DNA of 64,000 nt from a virus, in IMG/VR virus record IMGVR_UViG_3300042484_000873, positions 1 to 64,000 of that record, one strand, 5' to 3'. The notes under the pieces are model-generated. The model did no database searches. It worked only from the letters and a program-made list of their open reading frames with translations, and had not been told where the DNA came from. A program made the translations under genes and the position numbers. Below are positions 49,034-59,205 of this stretch, piece after piece; the stretch's first letter is position 1, and each line of letters starts with the position of its first letter.

Positions 49034-51615
49034 GGCTTTTGTATCAAAATCATTGTATCTTCTTTATTTACCACTTTCCATCCCTGAGAAATTAAGTTAT
49101 TGATTTCTTTATAAACATCTGGTCCCATATTCTCATCATATAAGTGTGCCATAATACAACCGTCATCTTTAAGATGTTGAATCCAAAAGTTTAAATTTTT
49201 AATAAATTCAGGGTTGTGATGAATATTAATTAACACCAGATCTACTGGTGTAGTCCAATCATTGAATCTAGGGGTAGAACGTTCATGTAGAGTTATGTTT
49301 GTGCATTTATTAGTAATTCGTTTCCATGCTAATTTACCACTAGTGTCGGCTTCAAAATCTTGAGATAATCCTTCAAGTAAACTTGGGCCCATTTTTTTAT
49401 CTACGCCGTTGTCGCTACACATATCAAGCAACTGTTCTCGTATCCAAGGCTTTACCGATTCGAATTCAGTTAATAAAGAACGTTCATTAAATGCTTCTAT
49501 ACTATGAATGTTAAGATATTTGTTTCCACGTGCTAAAATTGCGGCTCTACCACCTAATCCGGAATTTACTTCTACCACCACACAATTAGGGTCTAACTGT
49601 TTTGCTGTTCTTAATAACATAAAACGTTCAGCTACCGATATCGATGAAAAACAACTTTCTAATGGTAACACATTAGAATTACCAAATTCTGATTTAATAT
49701 AAAATACTCTATTTGCTCTAGTTTTTGTTGATTCCGACCATTTACCAGATTCTTCAAAAGTGTGTGCAAATCCATCTATATCAACTATATCTTTGTAATT
49801 GTTTTTAAATTTAAAATCACACTTAGTAACATAATTACCATCATCGTCAATTTTAAAATATAGATTGGCTATGTAGGTATGTGAGTCCGGTGCAATAGTA
49901 AATATAAAATCTCTATGGTCTAGTTCAGGATTAAAGTTTAGTGTCATTTCAAATCCACCACGAACTCTCCATAGCATTCTAAAGAAACCAAAAGCCTCAT
50001 TCATTACGCTATTAGCAAAATCACCCTTATCAGATTTAATGATAGACATGAAATCAAAATTTTCGTATTCTACATGCTCATTTATATATTCACTATCAAA
50101 TTTTAGTTCATAATGATCGGTTATATCTCCTTCTGAACTGTGAACATTGGTTATAGTTCCACCGTATTCTTTGCATAGATGCAACCATATATGTATTAAT
50201 TTAATTCTGATATGCCTATGTAATTTTGTATTCATTAAATCTAATGAATACCATCCACCTAACCAAGGTGAATTTCTAGGGTTGATATTGAATTTTTCTC
50301 TGTCATCATACGCCGAACCCATATTGTCGCCTAGACCAGGCCCCGGGCTACTTGCAATAATTCTATTTCTATGATTCCATAACATATTAAATGTATGTGT
50401 CAATGCTTCAATATCCTCACCGGGGGCACCAATCACCAAACAAGCAGATACTTTCATGCCCACTTTATCAGAATCAATGATGTTTTGATTAATCTCTGCT
50501 ACAGTATTTTTCTTATTGATTGCTTTTAATACTTTATCACTACCAGTTTCAATGCCATAGTTAAAGCCTTGACAACCTGCTGCCTTCATTAACTTATAGA
50601 ATTCTAAATCCATTCTACCATCAGCACGTGCATAACCCCACCAATTAAGATTTAGTTTTCTATCTACTAGCTCTTGACAAAAACTTCTAAACTCTTTTAA
50701 ATTACCATTCATCAAACTATCAACAAATGATATAAAACTAATACCGTATTTTTTAACTTGATATTCTAATTCATCAACAACTGTTTGTGCACCTCTGTCA
50801 CGGAATTTCCAATAATATACTTCTGTGCAGTAACTACATTTGGCTATACAGCCTCTACTAATTTCAGCACAGATAGAATTTTTACCCCAATATCTGGTTA
50901 AGTCAAAATCACTATAATCAGGATAAGGTAGACTATCAATGTCAATGCGTGTATCACTATATAACCCACCTATTGCCGGTTGTAAAGGTTTGATACCGTT
51001 TTCCCAATTCTCTAAGAAATCTAATATGTTCTGCTCACTCTCACCGATGAAGTAATAATCAACGTTGGCTGGTTTTTTATAATATTCTTCATGGCATTCA
51101 GGTCCACCCATAACAATAGTGATATCAGGTCTTCTTTTACGGATCTGATTAATCATCCACTTAGTGGGTAACAAGTTAGTATAATAAGAACTGAAGCCTA
51201 TAATATCAGGGTTTTCATCTAATAGTATTTCTAAATATTCTTTTAATATCGGTTCATATGTAGGATGAATACGTTTATAATATTCATCACCTTGCCACCA
51301 CCAATAATTTGCACCATTCCATGCATCATCTAAACTTGGATTAGCTTCTTTTATAAGATAATGTGAATCAACATTGAAATCATGCACAATAGTTGGATAA
51401 CCAGCTTCACGCATCAGTGCTGATAACCTAGCCAAATTATATGGAGGCATGTATATAGCCCAACTACCTAACACACATAATGTCATTTTTGTTTTACGAG
51501 TACCTACATTAACTCCCACTGATTTTACATTCGATCTAGCCTTTCGTGCAGGTTTGAATGTAATATCAGTGTTTTTTGGAAATAAGTTTTGTGCTATCCA
51601 GGTGTCTTTATCCAT
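49030..51615 (-). CDS. Cobalamin-binding (class B-like) radical SAM enzyme fused to a degenerate class I methyltransferase domain
   Basis: PPYNLARL, PDIIGFSS, IVMGGP, GESE (B12-binding); EISRGCIAKCSYC; GIETGS..VL..INK; C-terminal EVNSGLGG domain similar to 57500-58162. Confidence 0.85.
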   Translation of the reverse strand: MDKDTWIAQNLFPKNTDITFKPARKARSNVKSVGVNVGTRKTKMTLCVLGSWAIYMPPYNLARLSALMREAGYPTIVHDFNVDSHYLIKEANPSLDDAWNGANYWWWQGDEYYKRIHPTYEPILKEYLEILLDENPDIIGFSSYYTNLLPTKWMINQIRKRRPDITIVMGGPECHEEYYKKPANVDYYFIGESEQNILDFLENWENGIKPLQPAIGGLYSDTRIDIDSLPYPDYSDFDLTRYWGKNSICAEISRGCIAKCSYCTEVYYWKFRDRGAQTVVDELEYQVKKYGISFISFVDSLMNGNLKEFRSFCQELVDRKLNLNWWGYARADGRMDLEFYKLMKAAGCQGFNYGIETGSDKVLKAINKKNTVAEINQNIIDSDKVGMKVSACLVIGAPGEDIEALTHTFNMLWNHRNRIIASSPGPGLGDNMGSAYDDREKFNINPRNSPWLGGWYSLDLMNTKLHRHIRIKLIHIWLHLCKEYGGTITNVHSSEGDITDHYELKFDSEYINEHVEYENFDFMSIIKSDKGDFANSVMNEAFGFFRMLWRVRGGFEMTLNFNPELDHRDFIFTIAPDSHTYIANLYFKIDDDGNYVTKCDFKFKNNYKDIVDIDGFAHTFEESGKWSESTKTRANRVFYIKSEFGNSNVLPLESCFSSISVAERFMLLRTAKQLDPNCVVVEVNSGLGGRAAILARGNKYLNIHSIEAFNERSLLTEFESVKPWIREQLLDMCSDNGVDKKMGPSLLEGLSQDFEADTSGKLAWKRITNKCTNITLHERSTPRFNDWTTPVDLVLINIHHNPEFIKNLNFWIQHLKDDGCIMAHLYDENMGPDVYKEINNLISQGWKVVNKEDTMILIQKP

Positions 51616-51624
51616 AAAATCTCT

Positions 51625-53199
51625 TTATTCTGTAGGGTATACCCAATTAATTGAATTGCCATCAACTCTGAATGATAGCAATGTATTGTCATCTCTATAT
51701 GTATGCTCAATGGCACTCTCGGGAAAAAAACTAACAACTTCAGAAAAAGGTCTTGAAGTAGTTGATGTAGTTAAACCATTTGAAACTTTTTTAAGTATGA
51801 CTGCCATTTCATTATTGTTAATAAGAATATGTACGTCCCTGCAATCAAACCCAGAACTTACTAAATGGTATAATAATGTGCTAATTACAAATTTATTAAT
51901 ATGACTATCTACAACTGCTTCCGGGTGACCACCGTCATTATACGGAACAGTTAATGCTAGAGTGCCGCCTTCGTTTAAGTCATTAAATATTTTATCTAAA
52001 AACATAGCTGGATTTCTAATATGTTCTAAAACGTGAGAACACCATATAACATCAAATTTTTCTTTAAAATCTAGTGTCAAGTAATCTTCTGTATGATCTA
52101 TTTTAATAGGATCAAATTCAGGGAGTCTAGGTTTACTCTCACCTGGTTCTATTGTTGTAACCTTCTTATCTAAAAATTTAAACACATTGCTTACAAGACC
52201 TTCCCCGCAACCAATATCTAATACTGTTTTAAATTTAGTGCTATGTAATAATCCTAATAGGGTAGCATGTGCAAACCATATGGGAAAATTTTTGGATGTA
52301 TCATTTTTTTGTATATTGAATTGATATGCACTTCCTGTCCAAGGCAATCTATTTAATCTTCTGCATTCTACTGGTAACTCATCTATTGTTTTAAATTTAT
52401 ATTCAATCTCCTCAGAGGGGATAAGTTTTGGCTTTATTGACCAACCCACTAATGCTCGTTTTTCTAAAATATAATTATTGAGATAGTTATCACTGGCATG
52501 AAGTGCATGTCGGCTAGCCACTAATAAATCGCCTTTTTTCCAATTATATATTTTTTCAATAGATAAACGTTTAATAATATCTCTTTCGCAGTGTGTCAAA
52601 TATTTCTCATAAGTATCATCATCAATTTCGTCTAACAATTCAGGTTCATCAAACTTTATCCAATTGTGTCCACCCTTGTGGTTATAGGATTCTTGATCAA
52701 ATATTATAGTGTTAGTGTCATAAGTTTCTAATGGAATTAAAAATGTGTATGCATACTCCCAACCTTCTGGTAAATGAGTTCCTGTATTATTTAAATCTAA
52801 TGCGTCGGAATGAACATCATATGGTTGAAAAGAATTTAAAATATGCCAATCACGGCATACTATTTCTCTAGAAAAATATTGTGATAATTTATCTGAAAGT
52901 ATTTTTGCTATTTTACCTTCACTACTAGGCCCCGGGTACCAATAATGTGCTCTAGCTTCAGGGTTAGTCCTACCCTGCTCGTTTCCTAATTCAACACCCA
53001 TTTTTTCTATGTGTATTATAGTATCTGAGTTTTGTCTAAAAATCTTTTCAATTTGAAATAGTTCACTGTTATTAAAAAAGTTAGGAATTACTTGTGTTTG
53101 TAAATTATCCTTACGTTGTATTTTTTTTACTTTAGTAACAGGTTGAGTTTTAGTAACAGGTTGTGATATTGTATTACTGTTTTTTTGTGTTTTTTTCAA
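51625..53199 (-). CDS. Fusion of a 2OG-Fe(II) oxygenase-like domain and a class I SAM methyltransferase (TTG start)
   Basis: HSD...H...KRAL in the N-terminal domain; VLDIGCGEG, FDVIWCSHVLEH, GGTLALTVP in the C-terminal domain; AAGGA RBS. Confidence 0.75.
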   Translation of the reverse strand: MKKTQKNSNTISQPVTKTQPVTKVKKIQRKDNLQTQVIPNFFNNSELFQIEKIFRQNSDTIIHIEKMGVELGNEQGRTNPEARAHYWYPGPSSEGKIAKILSDKLSQYFSREIVCRDWHILNSFQPYDVHSDALDLNNTGTHLPEGWEYAYTFLIPLETYDTNTIIFDQESYNHKGGHNWIKFDEPELLDEIDDDTYEKYLTHCERDIIKRLSIEKIYNWKKGDLLVASRHALHASDNYLNNYILEKRALVGWSIKPKLIPSEEIEYKFKTIDELPVECRRLNRLPWTGSAYQFNIQKNDTSKNFPIWFAHATLLGLLHSTKFKTVLDIGCGEGLVSNVFKFLDKKVTTIEPGESKPRLPEFDPIKIDHTEDYLTLDFKEKFDVIWCSHVLEHIRNPAMFLDKIFNDLNEGGTLALTVPYNDGGHPEAVVDSHINKFVISTLLYHLVSSGFDCRDVHILINNNEMAVILKKVSNGLTTSTTSRPFSEVVSFFPESAIEHTYRDDNTLLSFRVDGNSINWVYPTE

Positions 53200-53213
53200 T
53201 TTATATCCTTAAA

Positions 53214-54359
53214 TTAATTTAAAGTGGGTGCAAACATTTTAGGATAACGCTTAATCTCAGGTAATGTTAAAATTTCTTTAGCACGATTGTAATTAGGTGA
53301 ACCTGCAAACCATACTGCTTTTTTATCAAATTCGGACTGAGAATAAGTGCCCCAATTTAACATATTTACTATGTATATGTCTGGTAGATTTTTTGGATAA
53401 TTATATGCTAACTTAACTAAATCAACTATTGATTCAAAGTTATCTTCTTGTAATATAACGTTCCATGCCCAAGTCTTTTTATTATCATGCTGTAATGTAT
53501 TTTCATATAGATAATTCATGTTTTGCCACAACAGATCCCAATCACCACCGCATCTGACTTTCTCGTAACTTTCTTTATTTCCAGCATCAATACTTAATCT
53601 AACACCGATTGATCTTTCAAACAATATACTATATTTTTGTTGTATCTTTTCAGTCATCATTGTACCATTGGTACACAATACTGTTTTGAAATTAGGCCAC
53701 TTCTCTGGATGCTTAAATACTTCCTCAGTTTCAAATATTTCTCTATAAACTGGACTAAAGAATATCTCACCTACACCATCAAACGTAAGTGTAATGTGTT
53801 GATCGTGTGGCTCTTTAAATACTGAACTAAATGCAGTTCTTAATATTTTTAAAGCACGTTGATGAGCATCTGCTTCTAATGTTATTATTTTATATGTTCT
53901 ACAGCTAGGGCAAACTAGATTACAAGTGTTATCCACTGAGAATGCTATGTTTTTAGGAAACTTAAGTTTAGGATCAACGAACGTAGATTTTGGAACTATC
54001 CTACCGCCACCACCGGCAATCATAGCCGGGCATGTTTTTGCATTACAATAACGATATGATCCATCTAGTATTGATTCTCTTACTACTCTAGCTTTCTCAC
54101 CATTCCAAATTGAATGCATATCTTCTTCTAAAAGATTTCCAATAGATGCAGGATTCCAACCCGGGCAACACATATATACGCTGCCGTTAGCTTGTATTTC
54201 TACATCGCCAAATGGTAAATCACATACATTTTCATTTTTATCAAAATTGCATGTTTCACCGGAATCATATTCTTCATAATTTAATTCTCCTAAAACGGGA
54301 TCATCAATTATTTTTCTTTTCAGATGCATTGCAAATTCTCTGCGATTGGTAAGTGCCAT
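53214..54359 (-). CDS. Radical SAM enzyme with an N-terminal SPASM-like domain
   Basis: CDLPF...CC...IGNL...C...C; CNLVCPSC; GVGEIF; TNGT; YEKVRCGG. Confidence 0.9.
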   Translation of the reverse strand: MALTNRREFAMHLKRKIIDDPVLGELNYEEYDSGETCNFDKNENVCDLPFGDVEIQANGSVYMCCPGWNPASIGNLLEEDMHSIWNGEKARVVRESILDGSYRYCNAKTCPAMIAGGGGRIVPKSTFVDPKLKFPKNIAFSVDNTCNLVCPSCRTYKIITLEADAHQRALKILRTAFSSVFKEPHDQHITLTFDGVGEIFFSPVYREIFETEEVFKHPEKWPNFKTVLCTNGTMMTEKIQQKYSILFERSIGVRLSIDAGNKESYEKVRCGGDWDLLWQNMNYLYENTLQHDNKKTWAWNVILQEDNFESIVDLVKLAYNYPKNLPDIYIVNMLNWGTYSQSEFDKKAVWFAGSPNYNRAKEILTLPEIKRYPKMFAPTLN

Positions 54360-54361
54360 AT

Positions 54362-55585
54362 TTACTTCTTTTTCAATTCATTTTTTAATTGTGGAACAAT
54401 ACTCACTATACTGTTACCGCGCCCAGTTTCAAGTAGTTCGGTATATTCAACCCAGTGAGTGTGAAGTTCTTCCCCTAGGAAATCATTGGATAATAGATTA
54501 ATCACGTATTGAAATTCATTGTCAATGCTATTCTTGGTATAAAATTCAATTAAATGTTTTCTAGTGTCATCCGATAGTGTCGCTAATGACAAATAACTTG
54601 GACTGACTACACAATTGTTGAATCCTGCTAATCGTTTAACCTTGTTATATTTTTCTGACATTTCTATAGTCCAATCACGGATCTCTAGTAAGTTGAAAGC
54701 ATTGTAATTCATTGAAGCAACACTTATCAATATAGTTACATTGGGTATTTCATTTAATTTTGCTAAGTTGGGTTCAATAGTTTCAAACTTTGCATCACCG
54801 TATCTGATATAATTGAATAGTTCACCTATCCCGTCTATGGACATATTAATGTGAACTGTTTTACATTTTTTTAATAATTCTATTACAGCATCATCAACGT
54901 ATGTTCCGTTAGTAGTTACGCTTACATTTACTTTGTTTAATAAACCTTGCGTATCAGCATATTCTAAAATTGTTTGTGTTTCTGAATTAAGGAAAGGCTC
55001 ACCTCCCCTAAAACTTAAAGTTCTTAGGTTACTTAAATCTAATTGTTTTACATTCTCTAAAACTAAATCTGGGTTAGGTAAATGCATCTTGTCTAACGTA
55101 GTACCATCAGAATCTGAATATGACCCAACTTCTATTGGACGAGAGGAAAAAACCCGCTTCTGTTTAGTTGGCTCGTATGTGTCAATTATTTTGATTAGTT
55201 TCTTACGTTCAATATGCCATTTACTACTATACAATGAATGGCAGTGAACACATGCTAAGTTGCAAATATTACTACCATTAAATTCTAAATAAGTTAACTT
55301 TTCATTGTCAATATCGTCTGCTGTAGAATTTTCAAAATAGTTTTGTCTAAGACTATTACCCATTGTTTCTTCATTTTTTTTACAAAGTAGACAACCAGTG
55401 GGCCACTCATTAGCATACATCTGCTTTTTTAATTGTTGCCACTTTTCATTAGTGATGATTTCAGATATAGTATTGTCATTGACATTACCTAAGAATCCGT
55501 CTTGATAATAACAGCAAGGCCTAATTCCCTTATTAGTATCAACTAATATTGATGTTAATGGTGCGGTGCAGGTTACAGTTGTCAT
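54362..55585 (-). CDS. Radical SAM enzyme with an N-terminal SPASM-like domain (tandem paralog of the next gene)
   Basis: CTAPL...PCC...CLLC; CNLACVHC; GGEP. Confidence 0.9.
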   Translation of the reverse strand: MTTVTCTAPLTSILVDTNKGIRPCCYYQDGFLGNVNDNTISEIITNEKWQQLKKQMYANEWPTGCLLCKKNEETMGNSLRQNYFENSTADDIDNEKLTYLEFNGSNICNLACVHCHSLYSSKWHIERKKLIKIIDTYEPTKQKRVFSSRPIEVGSYSDSDGTTLDKMHLPNPDLVLENVKQLDLSNLRTLSFRGGEPFLNSETQTILEYADTQGLLNKVNVSVTTNGTYVDDAVIELLKKCKTVHINMSIDGIGELFNYIRYGDAKFETIEPNLAKLNEIPNVTILISVASMNYNAFNLLEIRDWTIEMSEKYNKVKRLAGFNNCVVSPSYLSLATLSDDTRKHLIEFYTKNSIDNEFQYVINLLSNDFLGEELHTHWVEYTELLETGRGNSIVSIVPQLKNELKKK

Positions 55586-56827
55586 TTAATAATTTCTGTT
55601 AATATATACCAACTCTTTTTCAAGTTGAGGAACAACATCCAAAATATTGTTTTTTCTACTAGTTTGCATCAACGTTGTATAATCGATCCAAAAATTGTGT
55701 ATCTCATCACCGGAATATTTATTAGACAACGTGGCAATTACATGATTGAAATCACCTTGCTTAGAGTTGTTTGCTGTATAATATACAACTAACTCTTTTC
55801 TAGTTTCATCTGACAATGTTAATAATGAAAGATATGTTGGATGTGTGAGACAATTTGAAAATCCACAACGTTTATTGACTTTATCGTATTTGGTTGACAT
55901 GTCTAATACCCAACTTCTTATTTCAACTAAGTTAAATGCATTATAATTCATCACGGTCACACTAACTTGAATATCAATTGATGGTATTGTATTTAATTTG
56001 ACAATAGTTGGTTCTATATCTTCAAACTTGGCATCACCGTAACGTATATAATTAAACAAATCACCCACACCGTCGACTGATATGTATAGATTGATAAACT
56101 TACATTTTTTTAATAGTTCTACTGTTTCGTCATTAATGTATGTTCCATTTGTAGAAACAGTAATTGAGACTTGGGGTAATATATTTTGCTCATCTAAGTA
56201 TTTTAAAATTGCAGTAGTTTCTGAGTTAAGAAACGGCTCACCGCCTTTGAAGTTAATCGTGCGTAGATTGGATAAATCTAATTCTTTTAAATTTGCAATA
56301 ACTAAGTCTGGATTTGGTAAATGCATCTTGGTTGACCTACCATTTTCATCATCTGTATACTTGATGACTGCATCAAACCAGGACATATTTTCTCTCTTAG
56401 TTTTTTCATATGTGTTGTGTATCTCTATTGCTTTATTAGTTTCAGTTACCCATCTACTACTAAAACCAGCATTACAATGTAAACATGATAAGTTACATAT
56501 ATTACTGCCGTTAAATTCAAGATATGTTAATTTTTCTTCTTCCCAACCAGTAACATCAAACGCACCATCATTAAATAAATGTCGAACACTCCAACCACCG
56601 GATACCTCCTCACGTTCTTTACACGGTAAACATGGCTTTGGCCACTCATTTGCATACATTTGTTCTTTTAATTTTTTCCATTCTTGGCTGCTAATAATCT
56701 GTAATAAACTATTTTCTTTTATATTTCCTATGTATGTGTTATCATACACACAGCATGGTCTAACACCCTTATTGGTGTCTATCAATGCCGCAGTTAACGG
56801 TGCCTTACATAAAACTTTTTTATTCAT
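55586..56827 (-). CDS. Radical SAM enzyme with an N-terminal SPASM-like domain
   Basis: CKAPL...PCC...CLPC; CNLSCLHC; GGEP. Start reassigned to the ATG at 56827, which overlaps the upstream stop and aligns with the paralog's start. Confidence 0.9.
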   Translation of the reverse strand: MNKKVLCKAPLTAALIDTNKGVRPCCVYDNTYIGNIKENSLLQIISSQEWKKLKEQMYANEWPKPCLPCKEREEVSGGWSVRHLFNDGAFDVTGWEEEKLTYLEFNGSNICNLSCLHCNAGFSSRWVTETNKAIEIHNTYEKTKRENMSWFDAVIKYTDDENGRSTKMHLPNPDLVIANLKELDLSNLRTINFKGGEPFLNSETTAILKYLDEQNILPQVSITVSTNGTYINDETVELLKKCKFINLYISVDGVGDLFNYIRYGDAKFEDIEPTIVKLNTIPSIDIQVSVTVMNYNAFNLVEIRSWVLDMSTKYDKVNKRCGFSNCLTHPTYLSLLTLSDETRKELVVYYTANNSKQGDFNHVIATLSNKYSGDEIHNFWIDYTTLMQTSRKNNILDVVPQLEKELVYINRNY

Positions 56828-57491
56828 TATTCGACCCTTCTGGCATGAGTGACCAGCCAATCAATGCTCGTTTTTCAAACATACGCTTTTTTGTAAAGTT
56901 ATCACTACAATGAAATGATCTTCTAGGCATTATTAATAAGGATCCTTTTTTCCACGGGAAAATAGTTTCAATTGAGAAATGATCTACTAGGTCTTTCCCT
57001 TGATGTGTCAAATACTTTTCATGCACTTCATCAGATATTAATCCTTGAGGTGATCTATTTTCACGCTCAATCCAATTAGTTGAAACTTTCATTATATCGC
57101 TGCCTTCATTGAATACAATTGTATGTGTGTTATAGTCACTTAATGGAATCAAGAATGTCCAACCAAATTTATAACCTTCGGGTAAACTATGTGTGTATGA
57201 GCTACCGTATTCATCAAGTGAATCGGTGTGTATACCATATGGTTTATATGCATTCAATATATGCCAATTATCACATATGTTATCTTTAACGTATGTTTGC
57301 ATTTTGTTATTTACAAATGAACAAAGCTTTTCTTGGTAACTTGGTCCTGGATACCAATAAAGAGCATGAGCTATTGTTTCATGCTCAGTGGGTTCTTTCC
57401 ATATCATGGTATCATAATTAAGACGCATTGTTTGTTCAATGTCAAAAATCTCATCTTCACTTAAAAAGTTTTCAATAACGGTTGTTTTCAT
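56820..57491 (-). CDS. 2OG-Fe(II) oxygenase-like protein
   Basis: VIENFLS start, HTD...TFLIPL...WKKG.LL....FH.S...KRAL; paralog of the N-terminal domain of 51625-53199. Confidence 0.6.
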   Translation of the reverse strand: MKTTVIENFLSEDEIFDIEQTMRLNYDTMIWKEPTEHETIAHALYWYPGPSYQEKLCSFVNNKMQTYVKDNICDNWHILNAYKPYGIHTDSLDEYGSSYTHSLPEGYKFGWTFLIPLSDYNTHTIVFNEGSDIMKVSTNWIERENRSPQGLISDEVHEKYLTHQGKDLVDHFSIETIFPWKKGSLLIMPRRSFHCSDNFTKKRMFEKRALIGWSLMPEGSNNE

Positions 57492-57499
57492 AATATTAT

Positions 57500-58162
57500 T
57501 TAATTTAAAGGTTTTTGTAAAATAATTAAAGTTTCGGTTAACGACATTTTTGTCCAGCCTTGCTGTATAAGATTGTTAAATTCATTTACAACATCAGGAA
57601 ACAACTCTAAATTATAATCGTGTCCTACTATATATCCGCCTGGCTTAATATGTCCACCCCAAAAATTAATATTTGTAAGTAGAAAAGGATTGGTATGTAG
57701 TGCATCTTCAAAAAACACATCAATGGATTGATTCCAATTTAAAAAATCAACAGGTGATGTTCCTGAATGTACACTAATATTAGAATATTTACTAGTCACG
57801 TATCTTAATGCCGCCTCGCTAGAAGGGTCACTTATAAAACAATTATTAATATCTGTTGCTAAATCTAATCGATCCTCATTTGGTATATCATGTATATTAT
57901 ACCAGTTATTTGTCATTTGACTTATGTAGGATCTTTGTAATTCCCATTGAATAATATTATCAGGGTGATGCATATCTATACAATGTACCGCAATAGTGGG
58001 ATTCACTGACGCCATCAAACAAGCTGACCCTCCAATATGTGACCCCACTTCAACTATAATACTATTATTATCTAATGTAGATATTAAATTATATAATACA
58101 GTTCTTTCATCGGAAGACATTAACGCTAGGTTACTTTCAATTGGCATCAATGATTCAATCAT
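57500..58162 (-). CDS. Class I SAM-dependent methyltransferase (Methyltransf_24-like)
   Basis: IVEVGSHIGGS, CID, IDVFFEDALH, KPGGYIVGHDY. Confidence 0.85.
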   Translation of the reverse strand: MIESLMPIESNLALMSSDERTVLYNLISTLDNNSIIVEVGSHIGGSACLMASVNPTIAVHCIDMHHPDNIIQWELQRSYISQMTNNWYNIHDIPNEDRLDLATDINNCFISDPSSEAALRYVTSKYSNISVHSGTSPVDFLNWNQSIDVFFEDALHTNPFLLTNINFWGGHIKPGGYIVGHDYNLELFPDVVNEFNNLIQQGWTKMSLTETLIILQKPLN

Positions 58163-59205
58163 TATTTTCTATCTCCAAATAAGATGTAATCTTCTTTAGT
58201 ATAGCCTTCCATTACTTCACTACCTGAACCCATGTCAGGAGTACTAGTTTTGTTATTCAAATCACCGCGAATAGGAACGACAGCCCAAGTACAATAATCT
58301 GCAAAATGAGGTAATGCTTTTAGTTCTTCTTCCAAACTTAATGTCTCATCACGGTTGTGCGGCGCCATCATAAACTTAACTTCTAAATGACCACAATCAC
58401 CGTGCTCTGCTTTTTCTTTTGCAATAGCTTCAACTACTTTAACAAACTTCTTACGGTCATAGAACTCATAATGAACACTTAAATTCAAGTCACCATAATG
58501 AATAACTTCTTTGTAATAGTCAGGTAAACGACTACCATTACTGTGCAGACTAACATGATGCCCACATGCGTTTAAATAACGTAACCAATCTAAGAAATCT
58601 TTGTTAACAGTTGGCTCACCGCCGCTGATAATAAAATTAACACTCTCACCTTTGGTGAACTTAGTTTCAATCAAATGAGTAGCTCTCATTAAATCTTCTA
58701 AGGGCTTATGGGGGTCAGTATTATTATGAATCCAGGGCCAGCAATAACTACAATCGTAGTTACATCTACGACCTATTTCCCAGTATATTTGTTTTTGTGT
58801 GCTAGCATGAGTGCGCTCCATACCAACAAATTCTGTCAATTCATCATTTCGTAATTCGTGCTGGGCAGGTAAATCTTGACCTTTACGTAGTAATGGCTTA
58901 TATTCTAATTTACTGGTTTTGGGAATGAACAAATCAGCACCGCAACTACATACATTTTTAGTACAATTAATCCAATCTTCAGGTACACTAAAGTCATCCC
59001 AAACACTGCCCAACTTACCGCCCACTCTACAGCTAGCGGTCCAAACACCACCGTCCATATCGATGAATAAGCTATCGACTCCGGCGCCACATTTCCAATC
59101 AGTTAAGTAGTTTAATTTTGCTCCAACTAGTTCGTCAGTTGACCAGTCTCTCCATGATCCGTTTATGCCATATGTTCTTATGGGCTTTCCAGGGGTTATA
59201 TCCAT
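58162..59205 (-). CDS. Radical SAM enzyme, domain-permuted paralog of 42189-43133
   Basis: N-terminal twitch-like WKCGAG...C.VGGKLG...C.K.VCSC; CNYDCSYC; SGGEP; SNGSR. Start ATG 59205 or GTG 59208. Confidence 0.9.
   Translation of the reverse strand: MDITPGKPIRTYGINGSWRDWSTDELVGAKLNYLTDWKCGAGVDSLFIDMDGGVWTASCRVGGKLGSVWDDFSVPEDWINCTKNVCSCGADLFIPKTSKLEYKPLLRKGQDLPAQHELRNDELTEFVGMERTHASTQKQIYWEIGRRCNYDCSYCWPWIHNNTDPHKPLEDLMRATHLIETKFTKGESVNFIISGGEPTVNKDFLDWLRYLNACGHHVSLHSNGSRLPDYYKEVIHYGDLNLSVHYEFYDRKKFVKVVEAIAKEKAEHGDCGHLEVKFMMAPHNRDETLSLEEELKALPHFADYCTWAVVPIRGDLNNKTSTPDMGSGSEVMEGYTKEDYILFGDRK

Noticed and set aside
56082-56852. 256-aa plus-strand ORF opposite a radical SAM gene
   Set aside because: Antisense shadow with no recognisable features; the minus-strand gene has full motifs.
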